Shown here in pieces: positions 9,913 to 19,590 of a DNA stretch of 64,000 bases. Made by a program: the position numbers and the translations under genes. The notes beneath the pieces are model-generated. The model was given only the letters and a program-made list of their open reading frames with translations, ran no database searches and had not been told where the DNA came from. Source of the DNA: an uncultured delta proteobacterium (lineage in GTDB: Bacteria; Desulfobacterota; RBG-13-43-22); NCBI GenBank assembly GCA_963843145.1, contig CAWJJC010000028.1:320001-384000 (forward strand). Direction: 5' to 3'. Position 1 is the stretch's first letter; every line of letters starts with the position of its first letter.

Positions 9913-10800
9913 TTACTTGCCCTTGCCGGTCAAGGCGGCCGGGTTCATCGTCACCTTGGCTTTTTTGAGGGCCTGTTCAACGAACTCAGTGACTTTGGCC
10001 TCCTGCTTTTCCCGGAGGACCTGTTGGGTCACTTTATCCTTAATGGTTTCGAAAGGCTCGGCAACCGCCGCTTTTTTTTCATCGACCTTGATCACGTGAA
10101 AACCGAATTCCGTTTCCACCAAGTCGCTTACTTCTCCGGGTTTTAGAGAAAAGGCCGCTTGTTCAAAGGCCGGTACCATGCTGCCTTTGGAAAAGAATCC
10201 CAATTCGCCGCCTTTGGATTTCGTGCCGGGATCATCGGAAAATTCGGCAGCCAGCTTGGTAAAATCCTCCCCGGCCTTGACCTTCTTCAGCACTTCCTCG
10301 GCTTTTTCTTTCAGCTTCTTCTTTTCTTCATCCGTGGCCCCTTTGGGAACCTGGATGAGGATATGGCGGGCTTTGACCTGTTCGGGCGATTTAAACATGT
10401 CCGGGTTTTTATCGTAGTAGGCCTTGGCATCTTTTTCGGTTACTTTGACTTTGTTGAGCACTTCTTTTTGCAGGTACTGAACAGCCAGAAAATTATTGGT
10501 GATCATGTCCAGTTGGCCTTTAATCTCCGGTCGTTTGTCAAAACCTTTTTCCCGAGCCAAACCGGCGATGACCATTCCCTGGACCGTTTGCCAGAGGATG
10601 GTGGGTTTGGCCTGAGGGTTTTTATCAATCTGCGCTCGTTGCTCGGCATCATAGTATTTGAGGATCTTATTGAAATCGGCCACGGTAATGGTTTTGTTGC
10701 CGATCCGGGCGACTACGTTGGGGTCCTGAGCGAAAGCCGGGGAGGCCAGTCCGGCCGTCATTAAAGCAAAAATACCCAATGTTTTAAGGTAAAGCTTCAT
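9913..10800 (-). CDS. PpiC/parvulin-type peptidyl-prolyl isomerase, exported
   Basis: Signal peptide; VKARHILI, FSDDPG..GGELG, ETEFGFHVI. Confidence 0.95.
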   Translation of the reverse strand: MKLYLKTLGIFALMTAGLASPAFAQDPNVVARIGNKTITVADFNKILKYYDAEQRAQIDKNPQAKPTILWQTVQGMVIAGLAREKGFDKRPEIKGQLDMITNNFLAVQYLQKEVLNKVKVTEKDAKAYYDKNPDMFKSPEQVKARHILIQVPKGATDEEKKKLKEKAEEVLKKVKAGEDFTKLAAEFSDDPGTKSKGGELGFFSKGSMVPAFEQAAFSLKPGEVSDLVETEFGFHVIKVDEKKAAVAEPFETIKDKVTQQVLREKQEAKVTEFVEQALKKAKVTMNPAALTGKGK

Positions 10801-10866
10801 AGCAATTCTCCTTTGATCAAATAATAATTTTCGGACCTAGAACACGAGAGCAGATACGAAATGCGA

Positions 10867-11103
10867 TTATTCCGGCGGGTCAGTTGCTTCCGAGGGGCTG
10901 GCCGGAGCTTCCGGGACGGATCCCTGTTCCTCCTGTCCGGAGGACGCTGCTTCCGGGCTGGCTTCCAGGAGGGATTCCGGCTCCTCTTCCCCGGAGGGCT
11001 CCCCTTTGTTCAGCCGGCGCTGCCGTTTGGCTTCCTGTTTCTTCTGGCGGTTCAGTTCCTTGTTTCTTTTGCCGCTTTTATAGAATCCGGCGCGAGTTGC
11101 CAT
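10867..11103 (-). CDS. Small basic/acidic hypothetical protein
   Basis: GGAGG RBS; KRNKELNRQKKQEAKRQRR followed by an acidic tail. Confidence 0.65.
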   Translation of the reverse strand: MATRAGFYKSGKRNKELNRQKKQEAKRQRRLNKGEPSGEEEPESLLEASPEAASSGQEEQGSVPEAPASPSEATDPPE

Positions 11104-11345
11104 GGGAACCTCCTTCAATCATAAATTTAAAAATCAATGTGGAAATGAGGGTAACTAACGGTGGGATTGTCGGTGAAGCCGCCGTTCAGGTTCTAAGAGT
11201 CCACATCGTTTGGCTGCCTGTTCCCCAGGCCGGGCCGCTTGGTTTTAGTGTTCAACGCCTTAAATTCGTAATGATAAAAGAATTTTGATGATTAAGCAAG
11301 GGGAAAGTAAAAAGGGAGTGGCGGACAGTAAAAAGAATTCCGAGG

Positions 11346-11855
11346 CTACCGTTCCAGGGCTACGACCAGGGCGGTGGTCAGCTTGACGATATCCTCATCG
11401 CTCTTTCGCAACCTTTTGGACAACAACTGACTCAGTCGAAAAAGAATCTTCACGCCCATGACCGGGTTTTGATTGAACAAGCGGAAGGAATTTTCCTTGC
11501 TCAATTCGAGCATCCGGCAATCGGTGGAAGCGGTGACGTTGGCCGAGCGCACGTCATCTTCAATCAACGCCATCTCGCCCAGCGTCACCCCGTCTTCCGA
11601 TCTCAGGCGGTTCATGATTCGTTCCAGAATGGCCGTTTGATCAATGGGTAGGAGCAGGCGTTTGGTGACTTCCACTTCGCCTTCAAGCAAAATATACATC
11701 TTCTCCCCGGGTTCCCCCTCGGCCATGATGACCGAGCCGGCCGGAAATTCCCGGGGGAGGGAAGCCCCCCAAACTTCCGCCAGTTCCTCGTCCTGCAGGT
11801 CCTGGAGAATAAATATTATTTTCAGGGTGTTCAGATCGGGATGGGGCCCTTTCAT
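11346..11855 (-). CDS. Stand-alone cyclic nucleotide-binding domain protein
   Basis: EGEPG..MYILLEGEVEV...GEMALI...RSANV. Confidence 0.92.
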   Translation of the reverse strand: MKGPHPDLNTLKIIFILQDLQDEELAEVWGASLPREFPAGSVIMAEGEPGEKMYILLEGEVEVTKRLLLPIDQTAILERIMNRLRSEDGVTLGEMALIEDDVRSANVTASTDCRMLELSKENSFRLFNQNPVMGVKILFRLSQLLSKRLRKSDEDIVKLTTALVVALER

Positions 11856-13088
11856 TTAAAAGCCCCTTCCCGTTGGGTGAATCTGCGGTTGTTCGGCGAT
11901 GACCACGGCCACTTCCTCCGGGGAAAGGATATGGTCGTCCGGAGGATTGATCCGAAAATTTACTTTGTGGATCCCGAAAAGGTGGGCCTTCCCGGCCTCA
12001 TTGAATTTTCGGAAAATAAACTCATCAATCGCCGAGTGCTCCCCGGACAATAAGTCCTCCAGTTTAAGCCGTTGGCCCTCCGTGAATAATCCGATCAGCA
12101 GGGCCTGGTTCCGTTCTTTGATATGGGCGGCGAAGACCTTCAGTTCAGTGCCCTTAAAACGGGCGGGGATTTCCAGGGCATAGAAATTGGGGCCTTCCGG
12201 GGAAAGAAGGGTCTGCAAAACCTTGAAGAGGCCGGCTGACTCGGTGGCACTGGCGATCAGGGCGCTGTCGTATTCCCCGCGGAGGATGATGTCCTCCACA
12301 TGGGCCCGCTCGAGATGCAGGCGGTTGTCCGGGTAAAGGATTTCGGCGCAGACTTCGATTTTCGGATTCAGGGATTTCAAGGCCAAGGCGGCTTGCAGGG
12401 TACGCTGGTCCACCTGCTCCCGGGGAGGATTGTCCACCCGGTCGGCCAGGATAACGGCGCGCCGCGCCTGCCCCAGGTTGGCCTTCAAAAGGACTTCTCC
12501 CCGGGTGAAATCTCCCCGGATATACTGGAGAGGATGTCCCTCGAATTCAATCTTGAGGGCCTCGAATTGTTCCGGCGGCAGGTTGTTGATCAGGATGACG
12601 ACGGTCCGCCGGTCTATCCGGGAAAACAGGTTTTTTAAAATCTGATTCCCCCGGTAATGCCAGCCTAAAATGATGATATGATCATGGGCCAAAACACTTT
12701 CCAAACCCCGTTCCCTCCTCATTTTTCGTTCGATAAAAACCGAGGCGATAGTCGCAGTGGTCAGGGAGAGGAGGATCACTCCGGAGAACATCAGCCCCAC
12801 CCCCAGCAGTTTTCCCCCCAGGGTTCGGGGAACCACATCCCCATAGCCCACTGTAGTGATCGTTACCGCGGCCCACCAAAGGCCCTGTCCCACCCGGGCC
12901 CCGAAGTCTCCGCCGGTGGTTTCATTAAGGGCGAACCCCAGGGCGCCCAGCAGGATCACGACCAGGACTCCTCCGATCAGGAAGAAAATCCTTTCCTGCT
13001 TCCAGGTTGTGAGAAATACCGTCAAGGTCGAGCCCAGGTCGTCCCGGGCGTCTTTCCAGCGGAGGAGGACTCCTTTTCGGAGCGGCAC
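11856..13088 (-). CDS. Potassium channel with RCK/TrkA-N domain
   Basis: TITTVGYGD selectivity filter between two TM helices, followed by an HIIILGW RCK domain. Confidence 0.93.
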   Translation of the reverse strand: MPLRKGVLLRWKDARDDLGSTLTVFLTTWKQERIFFLIGGVLVVILLGALGFALNETTGGDFGARVGQGLWWAAVTITTVGYGDVVPRTLGGKLLGVGLMFSGVILLSLTTATIASVFIERKMRRERGLESVLAHDHIIILGWHYRGNQILKNLFSRIDRRTVVILINNLPPEQFEALKIEFEGHPLQYIRGDFTRGEVLLKANLGQARRAVILADRVDNPPREQVDQRTLQAALALKSLNPKIEVCAEILYPDNRLHLERAHVEDIILRGEYDSALIASATESAGLFKVLQTLLSPEGPNFYALEIPARFKGTELKVFAAHIKERNQALLIGLFTEGQRLKLEDLLSGEHSAIDEFIFRKFNEAGKAHLFGIHKVNFRINPPDDHILSPEEVAVVIAEQPQIHPTGRGF

Positions 13089-13102
13089 CCTAGATGCTTT
13101 CT

Positions 13103-13633
13103 TTACAGATTATCACGGACGGCCTTGATCAGCTTCTGGATTTCTTCGGCGTTCAGCTTGCCGTCTTTTCGGAAGACCAATTTACCGGTCTTATCAAAGA
13201 CCAGGATATCGCTGCTGTCATCGGCTATCTTCCAACTGGTAACCAATACTTTTTTTAGATCCCGGACATATATGGTTCTGGGGTAGCGCTTCTGCTTTTT
13301 TTCCAGAGCGGAATTTATGGCAAAATTGGGCATCCAGGTGGCGGCCATATTAATAATGCCCCAGGATTGATATTTGTCCAGGGGAAATTTTTCCTTGTCC
13401 AGGGCCTCGCTGGCCGGGTTGTTGGTGTCTTTTTCATCCGGATCGACATAAAATAGGACCTGGACCTTGCCCTGCAATTCTTCACTGCTCCAGGGTTTCC
13501 CGTCCAGTCGTCCTCCCAGTTTTTCCTTTAGTTCCACCTTGGGGGGAATTTCGCCGATTTCCAGGGCTTGGGCGGTTTGGTTTATCAGAAAGACACTCAA
13601 CACCAGAAGCAACCATTTTGAGAAACGCTTCAT
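13103..13633 (-). CDS. YtfJ family exported protein
   Basis: Signal peptide; PWSSEELQGKV, FYVDPD, IINMAATW, VFDKTG. Confidence 0.8.
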   Translation of the reverse strand: MKRFSKWLLLVLSVFLINQTAQALEIGEIPPKVELKEKLGGRLDGKPWSSEELQGKVQVLFYVDPDEKDTNNPASEALDKEKFPLDKYQSWGIINMAATWMPNFAINSALEKKQKRYPRTIYVRDLKKVLVTSWKIADDSSDILVFDKTGKLVFRKDGKLNAEEIQKLIKAVRDNL

Positions 13634-13864
13634 GCCGGACCTCCTCAATTTTAGATGGGCAATTATTTTTTCAAGACCTGTCGGAGGGTATTATTAGCAT
13701 AGAAGAGAAAAACTGAAAAGGTCGTTTTTGGAAGAGGGGAAGGGGGGCGAACTGCTCTGAAAACTGAATTTTAAGCAATTTCGATGATTTTAGTTGATCA
13801 AAGGGCTATAATATGGGAAAATAATAGATTGTAATTGGTAGTGGGTCCGCAAAAAGTTCCTTTT

Positions 13865-14001
13865 TGTCATCCTGAACCCTTCGCCTGTCACCCTGAGTCC
13901 TTCGTCAGTCATCCGGAGCGAAGCGAAGGATCTCGAATTTCGGCTCAGAGTAAACCCCGCGAAGGGTCTCGGTGCATGGCTCAGGGTAAACTCCGCGAAG
14001 G
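13865..14001. repeat. Nested REP-like cluster (GTCATCCTGA/GTCACCCTGA...CGAAGG units)
   Basis: Three GTCAYCCKGA starts, a GAGCGAAGCGAAGGATCT unit and two GGCTCAGRGTAAAC.CCGCGAAGG units. Confidence 0.75.
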
Positions 14002-14037
14002 TACCGTAACGTTAGAGGGAAAGGAATTCTTAAAAAT

Positions 14038-15585
14038 ATGATGAACGACGAAGATCCTCTGGATAATGAAGAATCGGCCGATCTTGGGCCATCGGAACAC
14101 GCGGTTTCGGATCAGGATCAGGCGGCGGCCCAGGAGAACCCCTTGATCGAGCCCGAGAACAGGCTGCCGGAGATTTCCCTGGAGGACCTGTCCGAGCGAA
14201 TGCAACAGGCGGTGGCCCAGGCCGGCTGGAGCAGCCTTTTGGCGGTCCAGGCTAAGGCCATACCTTACCTGCAGGCCCGGCGGGACTTGATGATTCAATC
14301 TCAAACCGGGAGCGGCAAGACCGGGGCTTATCTCTTGCCTATCCTGGACCGCATCGACCCGGGGAAGGCCGTCTGCCAGGCTCTGGTCCTGGTCCCTACC
14401 CGGGAGTTGGCCCATCAGGTGGCCAGAGAAGCCGAGATTCTGGGCAGCGCCATGGGAGTCCGGTCCATCGCCGTTTATGGCGGTGTGGGCTACGGGCCGC
14501 AACTGGAGGCCTTCCAGCAGGGGGTCCAACTGGTGGTCGGCACGCCGGGCCGGGTGCTGGATCATCTGCTCAAACGCTCCCTTTCGCTGAAACATCTGGA
14601 GGTTCTGGTCTTTGATGAGGCCGACCGCCTCCTTTCCATGGGTTTTTACCCGGACATGAAGCAGGTCCAGGAATACCTGCCCTCCCAGCCCATCAACGGC
14701 TATATGCTCTCGGCCACCTTCCCGGGCTTTGTACTACGCCTGGCCCACGAGTTTCTCCATCAGCCCGAGTACCTCAGCCTGAGTCGGGACCAGGTCCATG
14801 TGGCCGGGACCGACCATTTCTATTATGTGACCCCGGGCATGGAAAAGGACCGGGCCTTGATCCGGATCATTGAGATTGAAAACCCGGTCTCGGCCATTAT
14901 TTTCTGCAACACGAAAAGCAGTGTGCATTACCTCACCGTGGTCCTGCAGCGTTTCGGCTACGATGCGGATGAGTTGAGTTCCGACCTGGCCCAAGGGGCG
15001 AGGGAAAAGGTTATGGCCCGGGTTCGGGAAGGGACGTTGCGCTTCATGGTGGCTACCGATGTGGCCGCCCGGGGCATCGATATCCAGGAATTGTCCCACG
15101 TCATTCAGTACGAGCCGCCGGAAGACCCGGAGATTTACATCCATCGGGTTGGGCGCACCGGACGGGCCGGGGCCAGCGGCGTGGCCTTGTCCCTGGTCAC
15201 TCCCCTGGAAGAAATCAAGTTGAAACAAATCGCCCGGAAATTCGGCATCGAACTCCAGGAGCGCCCAATGCCCGCGGATACCGATGTGGAGGCGATCGTT
15301 TCCCAACGGGTTACCGCCTTACTGGAGGCGGATCTCCGCTCGCGGGACAGCTTGAAGGCCGAGCGAATGAAGCGTTTTCTTCCGCTCGCTCAAAGTCTGG
15401 GGCAGGGAGAGGATGAGCTGGCCCTCCTGGCCATGTTGTTGGATGAATATTACCAGAAAACCCTTCCGGCTAAGCCGCCTCAACCTCCACTGGTCAGGGC
15501 CTCCGGGTCCGGTCCCAGGCCCGGGAAGGAAGGGCGGGGCGAACGGCCGAGGAAACGGGATCGGGGCCGATCCCGAAGGAAATAG
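14038..15585 (+). CDS. DEAD-box RNA helicase
   Basis: QTGSGKT, PTRELA, DEAD, SAT, ARGID, HRVGRTGR. Confidence 0.96.
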   Translation: MMNDEDPLDNEESADLGPSEHAVSDQDQAAAQENPLIEPENRLPEISLEDLSERMQQAVAQAGWSSLLAVQAKAIPYLQARRDLMIQSQTGSGKTGAYLLPILDRIDPGKAVCQALVLVPTRELAHQVAREAEILGSAMGVRSIAVYGGVGYGPQLEAFQQGVQLVVGTPGRVLDHLLKRSLSLKHLEVLVFDEADRLLSMGFYPDMKQVQEYLPSQPINGYMLSATFPGFVLRLAHEFLHQPEYLSLSRDQVHVAGTDHFYYVTPGMEKDRALIRIIEIENPVSAIIFCNTKSSVHYLTVVLQRFGYDADELSSDLAQGAREKVMARVREGTLRFMVATDVAARGIDIQELSHVIQYEPPEDPEIYIHRVGRTGRAGASGVALSLVTPLEEIKLKQIARKFGIELQERPMPADTDVEAIVSQRVTALLEADLRSRDSLKAERMKRFLPLAQSLGQGEDELALLAMLLDEYYQKTLPAKPPQPPLVRASGSGPRPGKEGRGERPRKRDRGRSRRK

Positions 15586-15609
15586 CTGTTTCCATAATTC
15601 CAATCTGTA

Positions 15610-15684
15610 TAATCAAAACAAAAACGTTTTGAATTTTGATCATTTGAATTTGTTTCGGATTTCGAAATTCGAATTTCGAATTTG
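15610..15684. repeat. Partial copy of the heptamer palindromic element
   Basis: CATTTGAATTTGTTTCGGATTTCGAAATTCGAATTTCGAATTT. Confidence 0.75.
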
Positions 15685-15720
15685 AACCAAACAGGCAACT
15701 GTTTTAGGCCGAGGAATATT

Positions 15721-17505
15721 ATGCAGACTCGTCAAGATTTAAGAAACCTAGCCATTATCGCCCATGTGGATCACGGCAAAACCACCCTGGTGGATGCCAT
15801 GCTCTGGCAGAGCGGGGTATTTCAAGAACACCAGGCCGTGGTTGACCGGGTGATGGACAGCATGGACCTGGAACGGGAAAAGGGCATTACCATCATGGCC
15901 AAAAATACCGCCGTGGTCTATCAGGGGGTAAAGATTAATATCGTGGATACCCCGGGCCATGCCGATTTCGGCGGGGAGGTGGAAAGGACGCTGAACATGG
16001 TGGAAGGCGTCATGCTCCTGGTCGATGCCACCGAGGGCCCCTTGCCGCAAACCCGCTTCGTTTTGGGCAAGGCGCTGGAACGGAGGCTCCCGCCGATCGT
16101 GGTGATCAACAAGATCGATCGAACGGATCGACGGATCAACGAAGTCCTCGATGAAATATATGACCTGTTTATTGATTTAGAGGCGACCGAAGAACAACTG
16201 GAATTTCCGGTGCTCTATACCAATGCCCGGGCCGGCATCGCCCTGAATGATCCTGAGGGGCAGGAAAAGAACCTGAAAATACTTTTTGAAGCTATCTTGA
16301 AAACGATTCCGGCTCCCGTTTATGATCCCGAGGCCCCTTTGCAGTTTCTGGTCACCAACCTGGACTATAGCGACTACGTGGGTCGGATCGCCGTCGGCAA
16401 GGTGGTCAACGGCCGGCTACAGAAAAGGCAGCAGGTTGCCCTGCTGAAAAATGGAGAGGTGGCGGGGCAGGCCCTGCTTAGCCAGATCTTCAGCTATGAG
16501 GGACTTAACCGGATCGAACAGGAAACCATTGAAGCCGGGGATATCGCCGCCGTGGCCGGGGTAGCCGAGGTTTTTATCGGCGACACCTTAGGCGATCTTC
16601 TTGATCCCCGGCCCCTGCCGACCATCACGGTGGAACAACCCACCCTCTCCATGGTTTTCTCGGTCAACACCTCGGCGCTGGGCGGTCGGGAAGGCCACCT
16701 GTTAACCTCCCGCCACATCAAAGAGCGGTTGGATAAGGAATTGCTTTATAATGTCAGTATCGGGGTGGAAGCGGCGGAAAGTCGGGATTCTTACAAAGTC
16801 AGCGCCCGGGGAGAGTTGCAGTTGGCCGTCTTGGTGGAAATGATGCGCCGGGAGGGCTTTGAACTCTCCCTCTCCAAACCCGAAATCATCACGCGAAAAG
16901 TAAACGGTCAGTTAATGGAGCCTCTGGAGTTGGCCGTGGTAGATATCCCCGAGGAATACATCGGAGTGGTCAGCGAAAAGCTTAGCGCCCGCCGCGGGCG
17001 GATGACCAAAATGATCAACCACGGATCCGGCCGAGTCCGTCTGGAATTTGAGATCCCCTCCCGGGGGCTGATAGGACTGCGGAGCCAATTCTTAACAGAC
17101 ACCCGGGGCACCGGGCTCTTCAATACCCTGGTTACCGGGTTTACGCCTTATGCCGGGGCCATCCCGGCCCGGCCCAACGGGGTCCTCATCTCCGACCGCT
17201 CCGGCAAGGCCGTAGCCTATGCCATCTTTCATCTCCAGCCTCGGGGGACTATTTTCGTCAATCCCGGGGAACCGGTCTACGCCGGCCTGATCGTGGGGGA
17301 AAATTCACGAACCGAAGACATGTGGGTCAATATTACCAAAGAAAAAAAACAGACGAATATCCGGGCTGCCAATACGGACGAGGCCCTGCGCCTGGTTCCC
17401 CCGCGACGCTTTACCCTGGAACAAGCCATGGAGTATATCAATGACGATGAACTGGTTGAGATTACCCCGCAATCCATCCGTCTCCGGAAGATAAGAAATA
17501 AGTAA
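15721..17505 (+). CDS. typA: Translational GTPase TypA/BipA
   Basis: [50 protein letters not shown]; GAGG RBS before the ATG at 15721. Confidence 0.97.
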   Translation: MQTRQDLRNLAIIAHVDHGKTTLVDAMLWQSGVFQEHQAVVDRVMDSMDLEREKGITIMAKNTAVVYQGVKINIVDTPGHADFGGEVERTLNMVEGVMLLVDATEGPLPQTRFVLGKALERRLPPIVVINKIDRTDRRINEVLDEIYDLFIDLEATEEQLEFPVLYTNARAGIALNDPEGQEKNLKILFEAILKTIPAPVYDPEAPLQFLVTNLDYSDYVGRIAVGKVVNGRLQKRQQVALLKNGEVAGQALLSQIFSYEGLNRIEQETIEAGDIAAVAGVAEVFIGDTLGDLLDPRPLPTITVEQPTLSMVFSVNTSALGGREGHLLTSRHIKERLDKELLYNVSIGVEAAESRDSYKVSARGELQLAVLVEMMRREGFELSLSKPEIITRKVNGQLMEPLELAVVDIPEEYIGVVSEKLSARRGRMTKMINHGSGRVRLEFEIPSRGLIGLRSQFLTDTRGTGLFNTLVTGFTPYAGAIPARPNGVLISDRSGKAVAYAIFHLQPRGTIFVNPGEPVYAGLIVGENSRTEDMWVNITKEKKQTNIRAANTDEALRLVPPRRFTLEQAMEYINDDELVEITPQSIRLRKIRNK

Positions 17506-17595
17506 AGATAATCCCAGAACTCCCGAAGAATACAGTAAATCCTCCAAACCCGGGGCGAGCACTCGCGAAGCCTGAAAATAACGGGAAGGGGAGGC

Positions 17596-17883
17596 TTGGG
17601 CCTCGCAGGCCGGACGAGTGAAGTCGCCCCTGCCGGGGAAGAGTCTTTTCGGAGGTGGAGCTGGGAATTGGCTGATAAAGTTTTGATTTTTCTTTCAGCG
17701 GCCTTTATTCTCCTGGTCGTTTGGGGTGGGGAGCCCCTGAGCTCCTTTGTCGATCCTTTTGTTCAAACACTGAACCGGATCAGCGCTCCAGCCCTCGGTC
17801 CGGAAGGAGCTTCGGTCAATAAGAGTCCCTATCCACCCCCGGTGTATGATCGACGGGTTTTTCTGCCGCTGATTAATAAATAG
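17596..17883 (+). CDS. Small hypothetical membrane or exported protein ending in VFLPLINK
   Basis: GGAGG RBS before TTG; one hydrophobic segment. Confidence 0.5.
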   Translation: MGLAGRTSEVAPAGEESFRRWSWELADKVLIFLSAAFILLVVWGGEPLSSFVDPFVQTLNRISAPALGPEGASVNKSPYPPPVYDRRVFLPLINK

Positions 17884-17916
17884 TGATTTCCCGAAAATTC
17901 TTACCATCCCCTTTTA

Positions 17917-18873
17917 TTGTTGATTTGGCTTTGTTCGCTTAGCGGTCCGTCCCCGCTGCCGGCCTATTCTTTACAAAATCCGGCAAGTCCTTATTCGGTC
18001 CATCTTCCGCTGCTGCTGAACGAATTTCAGCCGCCCCCGCCGCCTCTCGGTTGGCTGTCCTACGTGAATTATTATCGGGCCACCGCCGGCCTCCCGCCCG
18101 TCAGTGAAAAACCGGAATGGAGCGCTGGAAACCGCAGCCATGCCCTCTACATGGTTCGCAATGATATAATCGAACACGACGAAGACCCCGGAAACCCCTG
18201 GTTCACTCCCGAAGGTCGAACCGCCGCCCAAAACAGCAATTTAATTGTTAGTTTTGACGTGCAGGCTACGGATGAATGGGCCATCGATGGATTTATGCAG
18301 GCCCCTTTTCACGCCTTGGGAATTATCGATCCCCGACTTTTGCAGGTCGGCTATGGAAGTTATCGAGAAGCCGACGGGCAGTACGAGATGGCGGCGGGTT
18401 TGGATGTCATTCGTGGAATGGGCTTAGTCGCGCGAACCCCTTATCCTATTTTTTGGCCCGGGAACGGGGTTTCCGTTCCCCTTTCCTCCTATTGGGGAGA
18501 ACACCCGGACCCGCTCAGCAGTTGTCCCGGCTACAGCGCTCCCAGCGGACTCCCGATTATCCTGCAGCTCGGGCCGGGGACGCTGACCCCTTCAGTCTCG
18601 GCATCGTCCTTGACGAGCAACGGCCAATCCCTGGAGCATTGCGTCTTTGACGAAACCAATTACGCCAACGGGGATCCGGTTCAGCAGGACCTGGGAAGAA
18701 ATATTTTGAATGCCCGGGACGCGGTCATCCTGATCCCGCGGCAGCCTTTGACGCCGGGTTCGACCTACAGCGCCTCGATCACGGTCAATGGGCAGGTCTA
18801 CCTCTGGTCCTTCAGCATCTCCGTCAAAGCCGGGGATTCCGGCAGCCGGTATTTCCCGGGCTTCGTCAAATAG
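17917..18873 (+). CDS. CAP (SCP-like) domain extracellular protein; 5' end probably frameshifted from GTG 17883
   Basis: [35 protein letters not shown]. Confidence 0.85.
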   Translation: MLIWLCSLSGPSPLPAYSLQNPASPYSVHLPLLLNEFQPPPPPLGWLSYVNYYRATAGLPPVSEKPEWSAGNRSHALYMVRNDIIEHDEDPGNPWFTPEGRTAAQNSNLIVSFDVQATDEWAIDGFMQAPFHALGIIDPRLLQVGYGSYREADGQYEMAAGLDVIRGMGLVARTPYPIFWPGNGVSVPLSSYWGEHPDPLSSCPGYSAPSGLPIILQLGPGTLTPSVSASSLTSNGQSLEHCVFDETNYANGDPVQQDLGRNILNARDAVILIPRQPLTPGSTYSASITVNGQVYLWSFSISVKAGDSGSRYFPGFVK

Positions 18874-18889
18874 GCAATTCCAAAGACTT

Positions 18890-19198
18890 AGAATTGAAAT
18901 GAACCCGGTCCGAGCCGGCTTGGTAAAAAAGGCTGGGGATTGGCCATGGAGTAGTGCCAAGGCGCATCTAAAGGGCCGAGATGATCTCCTGGTTAAGGTT
19001 AACCCCTTATTGGCGATGGCCGAAAAAAGCAGGAACCAGTTCTTGGCTGATTACCCCGAAGAAGAAGAGATTGAATTGTTAAAGAAACACGAGAAGACCG
19101 GACGTCCTTTGGGATCCACGGCTTTTGTCCATAAAGTTGAAAAGGTGATGGATCGCCTCTTGGAACCCCAAAAGGCTGGTCGAAAAAAATTGAAATAA
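18890..19198 (+). pseudogene. C-terminal remnant of an IS200-like/REP-associated (RAYT) tyrosine transposase
   Basis: [11 protein letters not shown]...WPWSS...TGRPLGS..F; the N-terminal HUH domain is absent. Confidence 0.8.
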
Positions 19199-19590
19199 GT
19201 ATGGTGTCCCCGGAATTCAAAGCGATAAGAGACTAGCCGCCGGGCCGAATGTCGAACCTGGGCAAATATGGAACCCTGAAGGCCGTTCAAACAGATGGCC
19301 TTTTCCTTTGGCGTGGATCGGCCAACGAAGGCAAAACAAGGGTAGGGAAGGAATTGTCCCAGTCTGCCGGATTCCTCCATCTCCACAAACCTCGGTGGCG
19401 ATGTACACCTACAAGTATTGGACTTTGGCTTGTCCTTTTATTAGCACTTACCCTTTGAAATGTTGCATAAAGAAGGCAGAGCCAAATGATCTTTTTTGGC
19501 CCTGCCTTTGCCGCCCATGTGTCAAAAATTTAACCGAAACCAACTGCCAGCAGGACATTTCCCTAGCCTTAAAAATTCCAGCATCTCGTT

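Noticed and set aside
18788-18889. N-terminal part of the 136-aa ORF as a full transposase
   Set aside because: It overlaps the CAP gene end and has no HUH motif; only the part from about 18890 resembles a transposase.
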